From Podarcis gaigeae (Eukaryota): a stretch of 64,000 nt of DNA. Under the pieces are notes generated by a model. The model was not told the DNA's origin, made no database searches, and worked only from the letters and a program-made list of their open reading frames with translations. The stretch is from the NCBI GenBank assembly GCA_964106915.2, contig OZ066914.1, one strand, 5' to 3'. The translations under genes were made by a program, and so were the position numbers. Positions 39,665-53,930 of this stretch are shown piece by piece. The first letter of the stretch is position 1. Each line of letters opens with the position of its first letter.

Positions 39665-39925
39665 GTAAGAGATTTTAGTTTCTTAATTAAAACTATACTA
39701 ATATTTCATTCAATTCATAATTGCTACAATTCTAATGCATCTTTAAAATCGCTATAATGGCTACTAAAACCAGTATTTCACTATAAGCAGTTGGTGGGTG
39801 GGTGAGAAATCCATGTATTTGAACCCAGCTCTGTGAATTTAGCTACGGTGAAGTATTTTGCTTGCGGGCAGAAAAAATCATGTAATGGCGGCTTGATTTG
39901 CTTGTCTACACAGAAGCCTCTAGAG

Positions 39926-40062
39926 CAGCAGTTCTCAACCTGTGGGTCCCCAGATGTTGTTGGGCTACAACTCCCATCATCCCTGACCACTGGTCATGCT
40001 GGCTAGGAATGATGGGAGTTGTAGTCCAACAACACCTGGGGACTCACAGGTTGAAAACACTG
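39926..40062. mobile_element. hAT-type palindromic MITE
   Basis: TIRs cagcagttctcaacctgtg/cacaggttgaaaacactg. Flanks ctctagag/ctagag. Shares the ctacaactcccatcatcc core. Confidence 0.75.
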
Positions 40063-41973
40063 CTAGAGACTGTGCTCTGTGTTGTACCCAGAGGACTCTG
40101 TGGTGTTTCCTATCAAAATGTTTTTCACCCCTCTCAAAAACGTCTCACTGAGAGGCCTCCTCCCCTCCCATTCCAACTAGCCCCCTTGAGCAAGAGAGAA
40201 CTCAACATAACCTCATGTAACTTCACTGGATTCCAGTTTATCAAGGGATTGCCAGGCTTTGGGGGCTAATGGTAATTTTGAGAAAGTGCCATGGGCACCA
40301 GTCACAAAATGGCTGCTGGGAAGGGTCATGGTGGAGTGATACAAAAAAAACTGCTTTATGTGTGTGACATACTGGTTGCCACATCTAAAAGAGCAGGAAA
40401 AGAGACAGGACCACAACTTCAGCCTTATCATCAATGGGAAAAGGCAGCTACATCAGCCACTACTGCACATGCTCAGAGAGTGCAGTTCTTTCCCCTCTTC
40501 TCTGTTCAGAACTGGGGGGAGAGTGGGTGTCCAATCCTGGTATCTAATGAAAGGTGGGCATGTTAGAGGGGAGATGTTTGATGTATGAGACACCGAACCA
40601 ATGCAGACTAAACTGAGCAGAAAGAGCAAGCAATCACTTGTGCATAATAGATTTTTGAGCGGATATCCCGTATACTGAGACCTTTAGCAGGTTCCATAGG
40701 AGGTACTGACAGGCTCACTGGTACCCAGAGTACCACATTAGTAAGCCCTGCTGTGCATGCAGATCAAGCAAGCAATATAGAGGCAAGACATCTGAATATT
40801 GTTTATAAAGTTCTGCATGTTCATATTAATATAGCTGTCAAGATTGACCTGAGAACCAGAAATTTGTTGCTCCAGCAAGTTTCTGGGCCAAACACGAAGC
40901 CTCTTATAGCCGTTCATGTCCAGGAGGGCCAGCTTATAGTTTGAGAATACTAAATATTCAGAACCATTTCTGAGGGGGGTTGGAAGAGATGACTTCGGGG
41001 TCCATTACAACTCTACCATTCTATGAAGGTGCAATTCTGATATTTACCATATAGAACATAGAACTGAAAGCTCCCAGTTCTAGCCTCAGCAGCTTCTTGC
41101 CAGTGGAGAATTACTCAGTAGGCAGCCTAAGCTCATGTTTAGGGCACCAGCAAAGCAGGGACGTGCACACACACACAAAATTTGTTAAATAATTATTTGA
41201 TATTTCAAAATAGTCACCATGCGAAAAATCAGAACTTGGTTAGACTTCCTTACACCCCACGGCACACTCTTCCCCCATTTTTCTGTTCTCTTTTTGTTAC
41301 TGATGTTGAATCACCCCTTCAGCTCTATCAAACTTGAGGCCTCTGAGAGTTAAGCACACAGTTAAACAACAAATCTAAAACGTAGCCCCTCCACAAGGAC
41401 AAGACTCAGGCCATCTTCTACAGTTGGAAACTGTAGCAGTTCCAGCTGACTATACATTAGAAATTCCTGAATATTGCAGAGTCTTTACTTTGGTCCATCT
41501 CTTATAATCAACATGTCTGCTCTTGTCACTTGGGAAACAGTTCAGCGTGTACTACTGTACCCCTCATATTATTAGAGCATTCGCTCTTTTATAGATTTCA
41601 CCTATATTAACTAAATTTCCAGGCAGACCTGATAATTTTTACACCTCCCTCCTTTTGTCAGACTCCATTAATGAAATTACTATCCAAGTGGCAAAATGGC
41701 AAAATACTTTGCTTCAGCGTGCATTACGAGGAACCCCACCAGCCCCACTAGCGTTCAGCAACCCTTTCTAGGTGACTGTGAATGTGCTGCAACCCCCCCC
41801 CCCCAATATCATTAGCTTTTCACTGTGCTGTCAATTCCTAACCGTCCTCCACTGTTCTGAAAATTGCAACTATATTTGTTTGACTGTGACTTAGTGGCTG
41901 AGCTGTGATGGTAATAAGAAAGAAAGAATTGCATATGGGCAAGTGGGAACCACAATCTTTTCAGTGCTTAGGG

Positions 41974-42109
41974 CAGGCATAGGCAAACTCGGCCCTTCAG
42001 ATGTTTTGGGACTACAACTCCCAGCATCCCTAACTAACAGGACCAGTGGTCAGGGATGATGGGAGTTGTAGTCCCCAAACATCTGGAGGGTCGCGTTTGC
42101 CTATGCCTG
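41974..42109. mobile_element. hAT-type palindromic MITE
   Basis: Perfect TIRs caggcataggcaaac/gtttgcctatgcctg. Perfect 8-bp TSD gcttaggg. Confidence 0.85.
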
Positions 42110-43897
42110 GCTTAGGGCCTCTGAAGGTCTCAATCTAGCCGCCTTCTTACACTAGTGTATGGCCAAATTCAGACCTATGTGATAGGTCATATGTACAGGC
42201 TTCTTCATTCACTTCAATGGCAAGAGTGGCTTGTGTGGAGCTTCTGCTATTGAAATTCATTATTCTTATTCATACTTATGCACAAAAGTTCTAAAAGAGC
42301 TCTTGCACAGAGGCATACCTTGGATCCCTTGCGCCTTTGGCAAGGAGCTGTACCAGTGTCCTGTTCCACACACACACACGGCCTTCCCAATAACTTTACT
42401 GCAATAGTCACATTGGAAATTACTACATTTTATATGACCCAAGTCCCCGATGCATCTGGAGTGAGGGTGAGGCAAGGAGGAAGGGCACAAAATTGCACCT
42501 TTGTGTCGTGGCACAAGAAGGATGGGAAGCTTCTCCTGCGGCATTGGCATACACATACGCCATGCACACCAGTGTCTCCAGTGGTCTACCTTCGTACTGC
42601 CTTGCCATTTCTCCTACCGCTCGGCTCCCAGCTTTTGTCTGAACTCATGACCTTACATAGATAACTGGAGACAGATTTCTGGAGTGATTTTTGTCCCCCT
42701 GCTTGGGTCTGCGGTTTCACCAGCCCCTAGGTAGGCCTCTGCTCCTGCATGACCAAATGATATCACCATGTTTTTGTTCTGTTCTTGCAGATATAAGGCT
42801 GTTCTTTCAAATATAAGGCTGCATATGCACCATACATTTGTTTTTCCAAAGAAATCTGAGAAGTAGTTTATACTTTTCAGAGCTACGATTCCAAACACCA
42901 TTAACAAATTACAATTCCCAGGATTCTTTGGGGGTGTATGGGCTTCAAATGTCTTTTACTTGTACGGTATGTACACAGCTTTATTAGCAAGCTGCAAGAC
43001 CCAAGAAGCAAAGTATAAGCTGGAGCACACTTTGGCTATCTTGCTAAGCCTTTAATATATTTTTTTCAGTTTTTAATGTATTTCAGAAAATGCAGGATCT
43101 CAAAATCAGAATCTCTTTGTTATTCACTTTGGTTGATACAGACTCAAAGTTAAGATTGGTTCATCAGTTGTCATAGTAACAGACCAATTTTAGAATCTGT
43201 TCTTCTGGCATTTAGTTAACAGAGGAAAGTGATAACATTTGGTTACTTTTAAAATATAAACTTTAGTGCAGCTCTGCTTAAAAGAGTCCCTCATTCAGGT
43301 GCAGATAAGCACACAAATAGGAAACAGTTGAAATGTACATTCAAGAAACACTTCACTGAAAGGCCAAGGGATGTAGCCAATAAAGCTGTTTCATTGGCAC
43401 AAGGACTTTGGCCTGTGCAACGAGACTTCCTCTTCCCATGCCCCCTCCAGATCTGCTCTAGGTTCCCCCCCTCCCCAACCAACCAGAGAAGATTAGGGAA
43501 GGGGAGGGTTAAGAAGTTCCATTCCATAGGCTGAGGTCCTTGGGCTACTGGGCAATTTAGTTGAACACCACCCTTAACATTTTGGGAGAGATGACTTTCT
43601 ATTCATAGTTAGAATTGCTTGTTAGGATTTTTAATAGAAGATTAATTTAAAATCACCGTCTTTTATAGACCACGTCTTCACGAGTCACTGTGTTTTCCTG
43701 CTCACTTTCCTGCTAATAAAGACAGAGCAATGTTTGCTACAGCCAAATTCTGAATTTGCCTCTTCATAATATTAAAAATTGTGTTCCTTTTTGTAGATGT
43801 GCTGCAGTAACTTAAGTTTAATCCTGGCAAATGTATATAGAGTTGGCAGAGTTCACATAAGTTTCTGGACTTTTTTGCATGATGGAGGAATGATGCA

Positions 43898-43903
<6 letters not shown>

Positions 43904-43937
<34 letters not shown>
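43904..43937. repeat. (TC)n microsatellite
   Basis: Direct reading. Confidence 0.93.
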
Positions 43938-43939
<2 letters not shown>

Positions 43940-44269
43940 CTCCCCCAACCTTTCACCAGTCAGATGATAGGACATGTGAGCTGGGCACTCCATGTTGGTG
44001 CCTGCTTATGTGGAGGTATCATTCATGCAGGTTTTCTCATATACCTTTTGTTTTGAGGAAGAAAATGCTATCAATTAGCAGCAAAGGATTTTATGGTGAA
44101 AAGTACCTGTGGTTTTAATTTGAGTTATGCAGTATCTTGCATTGAGTCACTGGCAGACAATAATTGTGTCTATAGACATTCAAAAAGCTTTCAATAAAGT
44201 ATGTCACCAAAGGTTCCTAAGTAAGATTTGTAGTCATAGAATGAGAGGGCAGGTACTCTTATGAATCAG

Positions 44270-45187
44270 TAATTGCCTAAAGAACAGGAACCAGAGAGTA
44301 GGAAGAAGTGGATAGTTCTCCCAATAGAGGGATGTAGAAAATAAAGTCCCCAGAATATTGGTATCTCCAAACTTGATAAATGAGTACTAAAATAACGAGA
44401 TCATTGTAAAGTGTAAAGTGATGTACATTGGGGCAAAATTTTCTTAGTTTCCCATATACACTGATGCGTTCTTAGCTGACAGTCACTAACAAGGAACAAG
44501 ACCTTAGGGTTGTAGGGTCACTGAAAGAAGATCGTGACCTGATGAAGACTGTGTGGCAGCTGTGAAAAAGGTGAATTACGTATCTGAGATCATTAGCAAA
44601 GGGACTAAAAACTGCCAATATCAGAATGCAGATCTATACTACACTTGGAATACTGTGTACAGTTCACATCAAAGGATACTGAAGTGTTGGAAACAAAACT
44701 GATCAAGGGATGGAGCAACTTCCCAGTATGGAAAGGCTGCAACATTTGGGACTTTTCAATTAAGAGAAAAGGCAAGTTAAGTGAGAATGTGGTAGAAGTG
44801 TACAAGACTGATATGCATGGTGTAGAGAAACGTTTTTATCCATTTATCATGGGTACTAGAACTCAGGATCACCCATTGAAGCTGAATGTTGGGAGTTTCA
44901 GGACAAATAAAAAGAAGCACTTCTTCAAACAGAGCATATAATTAAAATACAGAATTTGCTTCTACTGGGGAGGCTTAGGTGAGGCTTATCTTCCTTATCA
45001 TGGAAGATAAGGTTAAGTTCTCCCACCACTGTTGGAAGCAGTATCCCTTTATCTATGAGTTGCGGGGAGAGTGCAGCTCAGGCCTTGCTTCCTATGGGCA
45101 CCTTTTAGGACATCCTGTGAGAACAGGATGCTAGATGAGATGGCCACTGGCCTCTGACCCACAAGGGCTCTTAATGATCCTTAATGG
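44270..45187 (+). mobile_element. Degenerate CR1 LINE 3' portion
   Basis: RT-end-like peptides (LEYCVQF..., EVYK..MHG..., RTQDHPLKLNVGSFRTNKKKHFF) and a CR1-type tail. Confidence 0.75.
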
Positions 45188-48100
45188 GTATGTGTTTCCA
45201 AATTCATTTCCCAAGGGTTTCTTTATCACCAGCTGCATTTACACACATGGAATCAGCAAAGAACACTTCGGTGAACAGTGTCACTTGGTCTTGAAACCTG
45301 TGTATGTGGTGTCTGAGCTCCCAAGGCTAGCCTTTCCAGCTTAGCTGCCTTCTCCACCAACACGCCTTTGTAACCTTGGGCTCAGATTGTTTGTTCTATC
45401 TGTTGTAGGTAGGATGGGGTGGGCTGCGTGAGACTCTCGGCAATCCTAGGAGATAGTGCTTTTCCAGAAACATGATTAATCTCAACAGAAAAGTTCCAGT
45501 GCAATATGCAGAATATTTCAGTGAAATTCTAGTTTCTATAGTAACTAGCTCCTTCCTCCTCTAGTAAATGGTTAGTGTTGCTGTGCTTTGGAAATGAGTA
45601 GGAGGATGAAATGAATATAAAAGGACACTGTAGAGCTGTGTACAAGCAAAGTAAAATAATAGCTTTAGCTGAGGGCTGTTTCCCTTTCCCCCTTCATTAC
45701 AATATGCAACATACACAAACAGCTGTTGCCCTCCCCATAAAGATGAACATGTTTTTTCCATAGGAATAATAAAAAAAACTCATTAAGGCTCCACAATTTT
45801 AAGTGAAGGCCTTTAGAATTAAGTTTGCCATAGTCTATTCAAAATTCTGAACATGCTGTACTTTCTGCTGTCAAGATAGTATTTTGTGAAATTATGGCGA
45901 AATGTGGGCAAGCCAGTATTTTTCCCCAGCCCCATAATAGGCTCCATGCACTTGAGAGAGCCTATTGGTGATTTACATGTTGATGATTGTGGAGCTTAAT
46001 CAGATTCTTCTGAGCAAACTTTGTGAAGTCACTGTGAAAGAGATAGATAAGACCAAACATAAAACTGCCCACAGTGTTTGCTTACAGTTCATTGCCATCT
46101 AAATGACAGCTTAACTTTGCCAACATTTGTAAACCACATCTTGATTTTATCGCTCATGTGTCAGTGAGATGAAACACAATAATAAAGTCAGATTTGTAAT
46201 TTAAGTGACTTTTACCGAACAAGTATTCTGTTCCAAGGATGAGAGAAATTCCTTTTCCAGCTTTCTTATACAGTATTATCATAGTTTAAGGCTCACATTT
46301 AAATAATTAATTTTGGCGTTGTTTTCTTCTTAAGATATGTGTTGAGGCTGTATTTTAAGGCTAGCTTGAAAGTTTGTGCTGAAACATGACATATAATGTT
46401 GGGGGGAAAAATCAAAGAGTAGGATTCTGACTAAATGAAGGAACTGGGCTTGCTTATTATGTATGTGGTCGATTCAAATCAAGTCTTTAGAGAACAGGAT
46501 AGGAAACACATAAAACACATTATTAGGATGTGTTTACTATTGTCATGGTGATGTCTGGTAATTTAAACCCAAAGAAGTGTAGCCCAGTCTTGTACATGTT
46601 TACTGAATTCTCCAGGTAGTTGTAGCCCTAACTAGATCTACTCAGAAGTAAATCCCATTGAATTCAGTGGGACCTGATCTCAGGTTAACGGGATTAGGAT
46701 TGCAGTTTTAGTTTTTATAGGACTACTGCCTTGACATAGTTATTTTCTTCTTTATCCCTTATCCAATATAATCTGTTCATATGTTGTGATAAATACTTTT
46801 TTGCACTCATGGGAACTGTATCATTCAAGTGAGTGAAATAATGTGTGAATGAATAACAGCATCTGGGATCTCTAGTACTTTTCAGTTTCTGTGGTTGTCA
46901 ACAAATGTATGTTGAAGACTATGGTAGTTACAACAGTTAAGATTCCATTTACAGGAATGTAGCCCCAAAGTAGCTTTAATGGGTTTAAGAATAGGCTTAG
47001 TGATAACATCTACAGTCTCTGATAAATGGATTTGGCCAGAGATCACTACGCTGACCTCCAGGTTTAGTAGTCATATGAATTACTACAACTGAAATGGTAT
47101 AAGAGTATAAGGCAGCAATCCTGTAACCATCTCCCTGAGAGTAAGCACTATTGGACTCAATGCAACTTGCTTCTGAGCAGACATATATATAGAATTGTGC
47201 TGTAAAACAAAGTCTGAAAATAATTTAGAAAATGCTATTATGCTGCACGTTTCCATAAAAGAAGATATAACAGATTCAATGCCCTTGAAATTGCATGCCT
47301 TTTTGAATGGGGACCCCCCCCCAAAAAAACCTTTTCCTTTTCTTATCCAGTTTTTTCTTTTGCTGGAGGGCTTTTTAATGGATATGTATGTAGATTTAAA
47401 AATGGACACCCCCCCAATCTAAATTCTACAATCCATTCTATTGTGTAAGAACTTTATTATCTCATGTATTGGCCATGTCTTTATGGTGTGTGCATGTATG
47501 TATGAATGAGAGAGGTGGGGATAGAAGGTATTGTAATTGCTCTGGTGATTGACAAAAATTGGAATTTGATGCAAACATAACCCAGGTTCCCTGACTCTCA
47601 TAGAAATCTACTGTATAGAAAGACACAGGAGCCCACTGACTGCAAGCTAACCAAGGCTGAAATCTAAACTCACCTGGGACTAAACACCATTGATTTCAAT
47701 AGGAGTTGTTTCCGAGTAGGCATTGTTAGGCTTGTGCTGTAAGTCAAACAAGTTATGAAGTTCTTTACACATGTGAGCAGGCTCTGTTTTGCGATTTGGA
47801 AGGGAGGATTTGTAGTTGGAGCCAGGAATGTAAGAGACAAAGAGAAGCCCTGTATTTGGCGGAATAGATGAATGTGAGAATTCCCATTTTCTACATTTGA
47901 ATAACCCACAGACTGGGGGAAATACAATTTTCCGTGGAAGCTGGGAATATCTCCATACTACCTGAATTGTATCAAGTATCCCTTCTCTTTTATGCGTTTG
48001 TAGCTGCCACTGAAAATACCCTTCCCCAGTCTGAGAAAGTTCTCCTCATAATGATATGCTTTTCTGCTTCTTAGACCAAAAGCCTCATTGTGGTTCTTGT

Positions 48101-49657
48101 AATGTGTCATTTATTTTATAAATTATGCAATTTGTGTATTGTTAAAGAAATAATGTTAAACTGAAGTAAAACAGAGGCTAAGCCTCATAATTCAATGAAC
48201 AGAAATATCCTCCCTATTGGTAGAAAGCTATTTGGCAATGCCTACCTGTGCCACTCTTCATCCCAATCTCCTATATATATTTGTAGAAAAATGTGCAGTT
48301 CTTTTCCAAAAGCTTCTAAGAGAACTTTTTATGCACAATTTTGCAAACCATAAGGAAATTAATAAGAAGAAGCCTGAGATAACCTTTATACTTCTCAACA
48401 ATTTAAGTAAGTTCCTGTCACAGCTGCTATAGACACTTATTTCCTGTGTGTGTACATGAGCTTCAGATCACTCTGAACGTATAATGCAGGCATTGTTGGA
48501 ACAGACCAACTTCATATCTTGATGGCATAAATTGACTTGCACTGTAATTCTTACAGTAATTAAAAGAACAATAAATTTTCAGAGGAACTAAATCTTCGGA
48601 AATACAGGTTTGAAAATGCCAACCCGACAGTGATTTATTCTTTGATTATACTGGATACAGCGCAAATATCACTTGGATACATAACAGAATTAATTAAACT
48701 AGTTTGATAGGATCTCTACTTTTGGGTGGGTGGGCATGTAGGGGAACAAAATACATGGGTGGCTATCTTGTTCCTCCTTCCTCCTCTTCTCTTCTTAGTG
48801 TCTGGAACCTGTACTGTAGTTTTGACCAGCTGTGGTTAGAACAAACCACAGTTCCTTGAGATTGTACATACCGGAATTTGGGATCAGAGGTTTGTTTTAA
48901 AGTGAAAGCTTTCTCTCTTTCTGCTCTCACTTGCGGAGGAGGAGATGAGAGGGAGAGAATGCAAGGAAAGTAGTAGTAGTAGAGGTACTCATTCACTATC
49001 ATCTTGATATCTGAATCAGGCCTAAGACTCATTGAACCAGGTAGCAGGTACCTGTTAGGATAGCATTCAGATGACCAGTTTATTTTGCATTCATCCTGAT
49101 TGTGTCCACAAAGTTTGCTGGGAGGTAGTATATGATATTGGTTATGATCTGTTTACAGGGAGATAATATGATTTTGCATCAAGCAATTGTTGTTGCACAC
49201 TTTCCAGTGCATTTACTCATCACCTTCCTAACATCAAAAAGTCTGTTTCGTTTTGTTTTGAAAAAGAGGGTTTGTTGCACAAGAGCACCAAATTCACTTT
49301 AATTGCACCACCTGAAGGCTCGTATGCAATTGAATTTCACCCACAAAATAAATACTGTTTGTAAATGGCCCACACTGTACACATTGCTATGCCAACTCAG
49401 TGTCACAAAATATTGTTTAGCCTTCCATATGCAACACCCTCCCTTAATTGTTTGGAGTTTAATGCATTTCTTTCATATGATTTACCTGTATGTTCAGCAG
49501 CACAGCCTGTTTTAAAATAAACCCTCCTTTATTGAAGTATCTGCTTAAATCATAATGCCTTGCATGACAAAACCCCCAAAAGATTCATTGGATTTGAAAT
49601 CTAATGCCAGTGATTTTAAATATAGGAGGCTCATATACAGAAAGTGTTTATTACAAT

Positions 49658-49962
49658 CCGGGGTCCCCAACCTTTTTGGAGCATGGAGGCACATTTGGAA
49701 ATCCACAAAACCATTGTGGCCCCCCACAAAAATACATATTTCACTGACAATAACCAGTGATACCCAGAACCCCCAGGCAAAACATGCACACCCACCCCAA
49801 AATAAATAGACAGAAAATTAGACAACCCCCAATGAAACAACCATAAAAGGCCAAAACTCATTTTTTTAAAAAATGAGAAGGGTCAAGAGGGCTTTGTTGA
49901 GTAGCAGGGATATCTGTTTCTGGGGTGTTGTGGTACTCACAGGGACATGTTGGGGACCCCAG
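49658..49962. mobile_element. hAT-type MITE
   Basis: TIRs ggggtccccaac/gttggggacccc. Similar flanks attacaat/aattacat. Confidence 0.6.
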
Positions 49963-50053
49963 AATTACATGCAATTCATTTTCACTTTCCTCCTCACCAA
50001 CTCAGAATTGAAATGCCCAAACTATATGCTGACTTAATCCTAATATGTTTTAG

Positions 50054-50232
50054 TGCCCATAAGTGATGAAGAGGAGGGAGATATGCTCTTTGATAGCATT
50101 GCCAAGTCTGCCATTGATCCCTTCGACACATCTTCTGGATCTGTACAGTTGATTGCCATAAAGCCTGTAGCTTTGCCTCCCGCACACACATCTTCAGACA
50201 GGAATCAGGAAACTGCTGTCCTTAACGGAGAG
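50054..50232 (+). CDS. KIAA1549: KIAA1549 exon (179 nt) VPISDEEEGDMLFD...AVLNGE
   Basis: gttttag| acceptor, GAG|gtaaga donor, phase 1-0. Confidence 0.94.
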
Positions 50233-51080
50233 GTAAGATTATATCCAATAAAGTTGTGTAATCATTTATGCATTGGCGGGTCTCTAAAGCAAGTGCTCAG
50301 AGGAGGGTAATACAGGGCAGCTGGCTACCAGATCCGATTGACACTGGTTGGAAAGCTAACCCCCGGTAGGGAATGTTTTGTGACTTGTGGTGCTGACAGG
50401 TTGCATGTGGAGCTGCCTAAAAAAGGGGGAAATGTCAACTAAAGACCATTCAGGTTGTGGTTGCAATCTCTGAATGGAAGGTTGGGGGGGGGGAAAGAGG
50501 GGGGAGTGTCCTCTGTTGCCTTTTGGGACTGCTAAGATGGGGTAATTTCATTATGGTGAAATCATGCAAAAAGTTATTTTATCCTTTCTGTATTGCCTTA
50601 TGCAAAAATTATCCATAGTCATACTACTCAGTATGTATGACAGATAGAAGAAGAACAACAGCAAAACTACGAAGAAGGCCCCCTCTGTCGATCTTAGAAT
50701 TTAAGAATGCATGCAGGGATGGAGGTGATTATCACTTATTTGGTGGCATAAGTTGTTTAGGGCTACAAACACATAGGTAAGCAATTTGCCTTGGGATCAG
50801 AAGTGAAGTAGCAACCAGAACAGCTGTTTTAGAACAGTGGTTTTGTGAGTTCTCCACCCAAAAAACATTTTCTTGCTTTCACTTACTTGTACAAGGAGCA
50901 ACAGTCAGTATTCAATAATATCCCCCCCTCCCCATCGAAGCACCATATATATTTAATTACATTTAACTTTAAAGTAATGTAAATTATATGAATTCTAAAT
51001 GGAATCCCTGCCAGTAATCTGGCTGCTGCATTTTGGACCTGCTAAAGTTTCTGGGTCATCTTCAAGTGCAGCCCCACATA

Positions 51081-51512
51081 CAGGTGTACGCCATAATCAT
51101 CATAATTATAACAAATAAAGGCTTGATATATCTCGCTTTGCATGTCATGAGTCTATCTCATATATTAGTTTCACCTTTTAAGTTGAACTTCTGAAATAAA
51201 TGAACTTTCCCACAATACAGTGGTGCCTTGCAAGACGAAAATAATTTGTTCCGCGAGTCTCTTCGTCTAGCGGTTTTTTCGTCTTGCGAAGCACGGCCAT
51301 TAGCGGCTTAGCGGCTTAGCGGCTTAGAAAAAGGGGGGGGGAACTTGCAAGAACTCGCAAGACGTTTTCGTCTTGCGAAGCAAGCCCATAGGGAAATTCA
51401 TCTTGCGAAGCACCTCAAAAACGGAAAACTCTTTCGTCTAGCGAGTTTTTCGTCTTGCGAGGCATTCGTCTTTTGGGGCACCACTGTATTCTCATTTTTC
51501 GAATTTCACCTG
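51081..51512. mobile_element. Tc1/mariner non-autonomous element (contains nested MITE)
   Basis: ta|caggtg ... cacctg|ta termini with TA TSD. Tc1-like end gaaataaatgaacttt... Confidence 0.65.
51218..51486. mobile_element. Tigger-like MITE
   Basis: TIRs cagtggtgcc/ggcaccactg, TA TSD, internal repeated ttcgtcttgcga motifs. Confidence 0.8.
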
Positions 51513-51789
51513 TAGAGTGCGCTACAATAATCAAATCTGGAAGTGACCCAAGTATAGATTACAGCAGCACATCATTTGTCCGAAAGAGGCCATAGCTGGC
51601 AAATGAGTCAGAGCTGGCCACTTGAGTCTCCAGTATACAGGAGTACTCCCAAGTTATAGACCAGTTCTGTGGAAAGGAAATTCCACCATCTAGGAACTGG
51701 CACAGATAATGCATTCTGAGGGTTATGAAACTACCAAGAGGACTTCTGCTGATCTTAATACCTGTAGTTTCACATATTTGGGGCCTAAG

Positions 51790-52060
51790 TCATTTTTGAA
51801 TAGTTGAAGTTTCCTAGTTGTCTTCAAGGGCAGCCCAATGTAAAGCACATTGCAGTAATCCAGCCTGGAGGTTGCCAGAGTGTGAAGTACCGTGACCATG
51901 TCATCTCTGCCCCAAAAGGGCTGCAGCTGGCAAACCAGCCATAGTTGAGAAAGGCATTCATAGCCCATAAAGTCCACCTGAGTCTCCAGTGAGTGACAAT
52001 GTGGGACCCAAGAGCACTCCTAAGTTACAGACTTGGCTCCTTCCAGGGGAATGTACCCAG
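51790..52060 (-). mobile_element. L2-type LINE fragment
   Basis: LATSRLDYCNVLYIGLPLKTTRKLQL in ORF 51723-51977. Confidence 0.75.
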
Positions 52061-53125
52061 TCCAGGACTCCCTGGTCTCCCCATATTTCTTTCCACATTC
52101 ATATTTAAACTGATGTATATTAGATATTTGTCAATTGACACCGAAGACCTGCAAGAGGGGAAAATTCCCACAATTTGCACATAGTGAAAGGGGACAGCCT
52201 TTCCTTATTTTATTCAGCATTCCATACAGCAGGCCCTGTTCGCGCAATGAATGCATACTTTACATAAAAGACCTATTTGTTTAAAAACTTAATTCTGATG
52301 CAAAGTTGTGGTTGGAGGGATATAGCCTAAGATATAGGGCAGGGGTAGCCATCATAGTACCCTCCATCAACCATGGCTAGCATGGTCAACAATCAGGGAT
52401 GATGGGAGCTGTAGTCCAGCATCATCTGCAGAGCACTATTTTGTCTATTCTCAGTATAGAGAAAGGGCTAGTTACATCTTCACATTACTGCACATTGTGA
52501 TAAGAGCCAATCCAGATCATGAACTCACATTTTCATTGGCTAAAGTGAATGCTGTTATAAATAAAACAGATTGAAATTCCCCACAGTCAGCTGCCTGCTC
52601 CCTGCTGTAAATCACTGCTCACACATGTGGTCTGCTCATGTTAGTAATGGTAATGAACACAGATGAGTTTGAGGTTCTTCTTCCATAACCTGGAAAAAAA
52701 CTTGCAATGTACGATTTTCCATTATAGGCACTTAGAGCAGTGATCTTGCATGCATTCATTGCTATGACATTTCACTGCCAATGTGAGTAGACTGTTAACA
52801 TGATTTGCAGAAGTGAGCTGGGAGTTGAATGTAAGAGAACTGTCAGATTTCCTTGTTATTTTGAGATTTGCCTGATGCTGAGGTCTGGCATAGGTAGTTG
52901 AGGATAGTGTCCCATTTTTATCACCATTGTAAACTATGGATTAGACACTACTGCCTGAGGTTTCATCTAGGGATAGTTGCCAATTTTACCAAAAAGGAAA
53001 CTTAAATGCCTACTCATACATAATCTATAGGCTATAAAATAATTGGCCAAAAGTCAACAAGCCTTAATCAGAGGGTTAATCTGAACAAATAGATTTGATT
53101 ATAATAAGTATTTTTTGTTTGTCAG

Positions 53126-53343
53126 GTTAACAAAGCCTTGAAGCAGAAATCTGATATAGAGCACTATCGCAACAAATTACGCCTGAAAGCCAAGCGAAAA
53201 GGCTATTATGACTTTCCCCAAGTTGATAATAACAAGGGCTTAGCAGACAGAAAAAAGATGTATGAAAAAGCACAAAATGAAATAGATCATATTTTGGATG
53301 CTGATACGGATGGATCTTCTCCGTTTGTAGAACCCAAAAACAG
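53126..53343 (+). CDS. KIAA1549: KIAA1549 exon (218 nt) VNKALKQKSDIEHYRNKLRLKAKRKGYYDFP...EPKN
   Basis: tttgtcag| acceptor, CAG|gtgagt donor, phase 0-2. Confidence 0.95.
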
Positions 53344-53930
53344 GTGAGTATTTGGTATATATTTTTGTCATTTCTCACATTATTTCCACCTCTACCATAA
53401 AAAGGCAAGTCGTGAGGAGTAGTGTCAATTGGTAGAATGGCAGCATGAAGTGATAAGTTTTTTTTTTTTTTGCGTGTGAAGAATGTTCCCATGTCTGCCA
53501 TCTTTCCTCTGTTTAGTGATTTGCCATTTCCTTGAGATGATTGGTACTTTATTTATGAATGTATTAAGCTGTAATATGATGATAAAAGAGTTGAAAAGCA
53601 ATATGGCTGTTGGGATAACATTCTCTTTTTTCCTGCCTATTGATCAAACCTCAGAATTACTATTATCTCTTGACAACAGGAGAGGGATGGTGGTCTGCCC
53701 TGGAGTGTGCTGTGCTACATACAGTACTGTGGATTTTGGAAAAATAGATGACAGTGCAACAACTTTCAAATGCTGATGTTACAAACGAATGACTTCTCCA
53801 TTTTTGCCCATGTTAGCAAAAAGCAAAAGTCAAATACTTTTTAGGGATGTAATTGTTGTTATATGAATGGAGTCATACCTTTCTCTTAAAATGAATGGTC
53901 GAGTATATGCTGAACCCTATTTTTATAGAG

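Larger units (their letters stand above)
51010..51560 (-). mobile_element. L2-type LINE fragment interrupted by nested DNA transposons
   Basis: With the inserts removed, the minus strand reads DYCSALYVGLHLKMTQKL*QVQNAAARLL (L2 RT C-terminal motif). Confidence 0.7.

Noticed and set aside
42760-42820. Strong-looking acceptor ttcttgcag at 42790
   Set aside because: In-frame stop after 8 codons and no supporting donor or homology.
48763-48840. Long pyrimidine tract with AG at 48798
   Set aside because: Phase-1 reading stops after 13 codons. Nothing else supports an exon.
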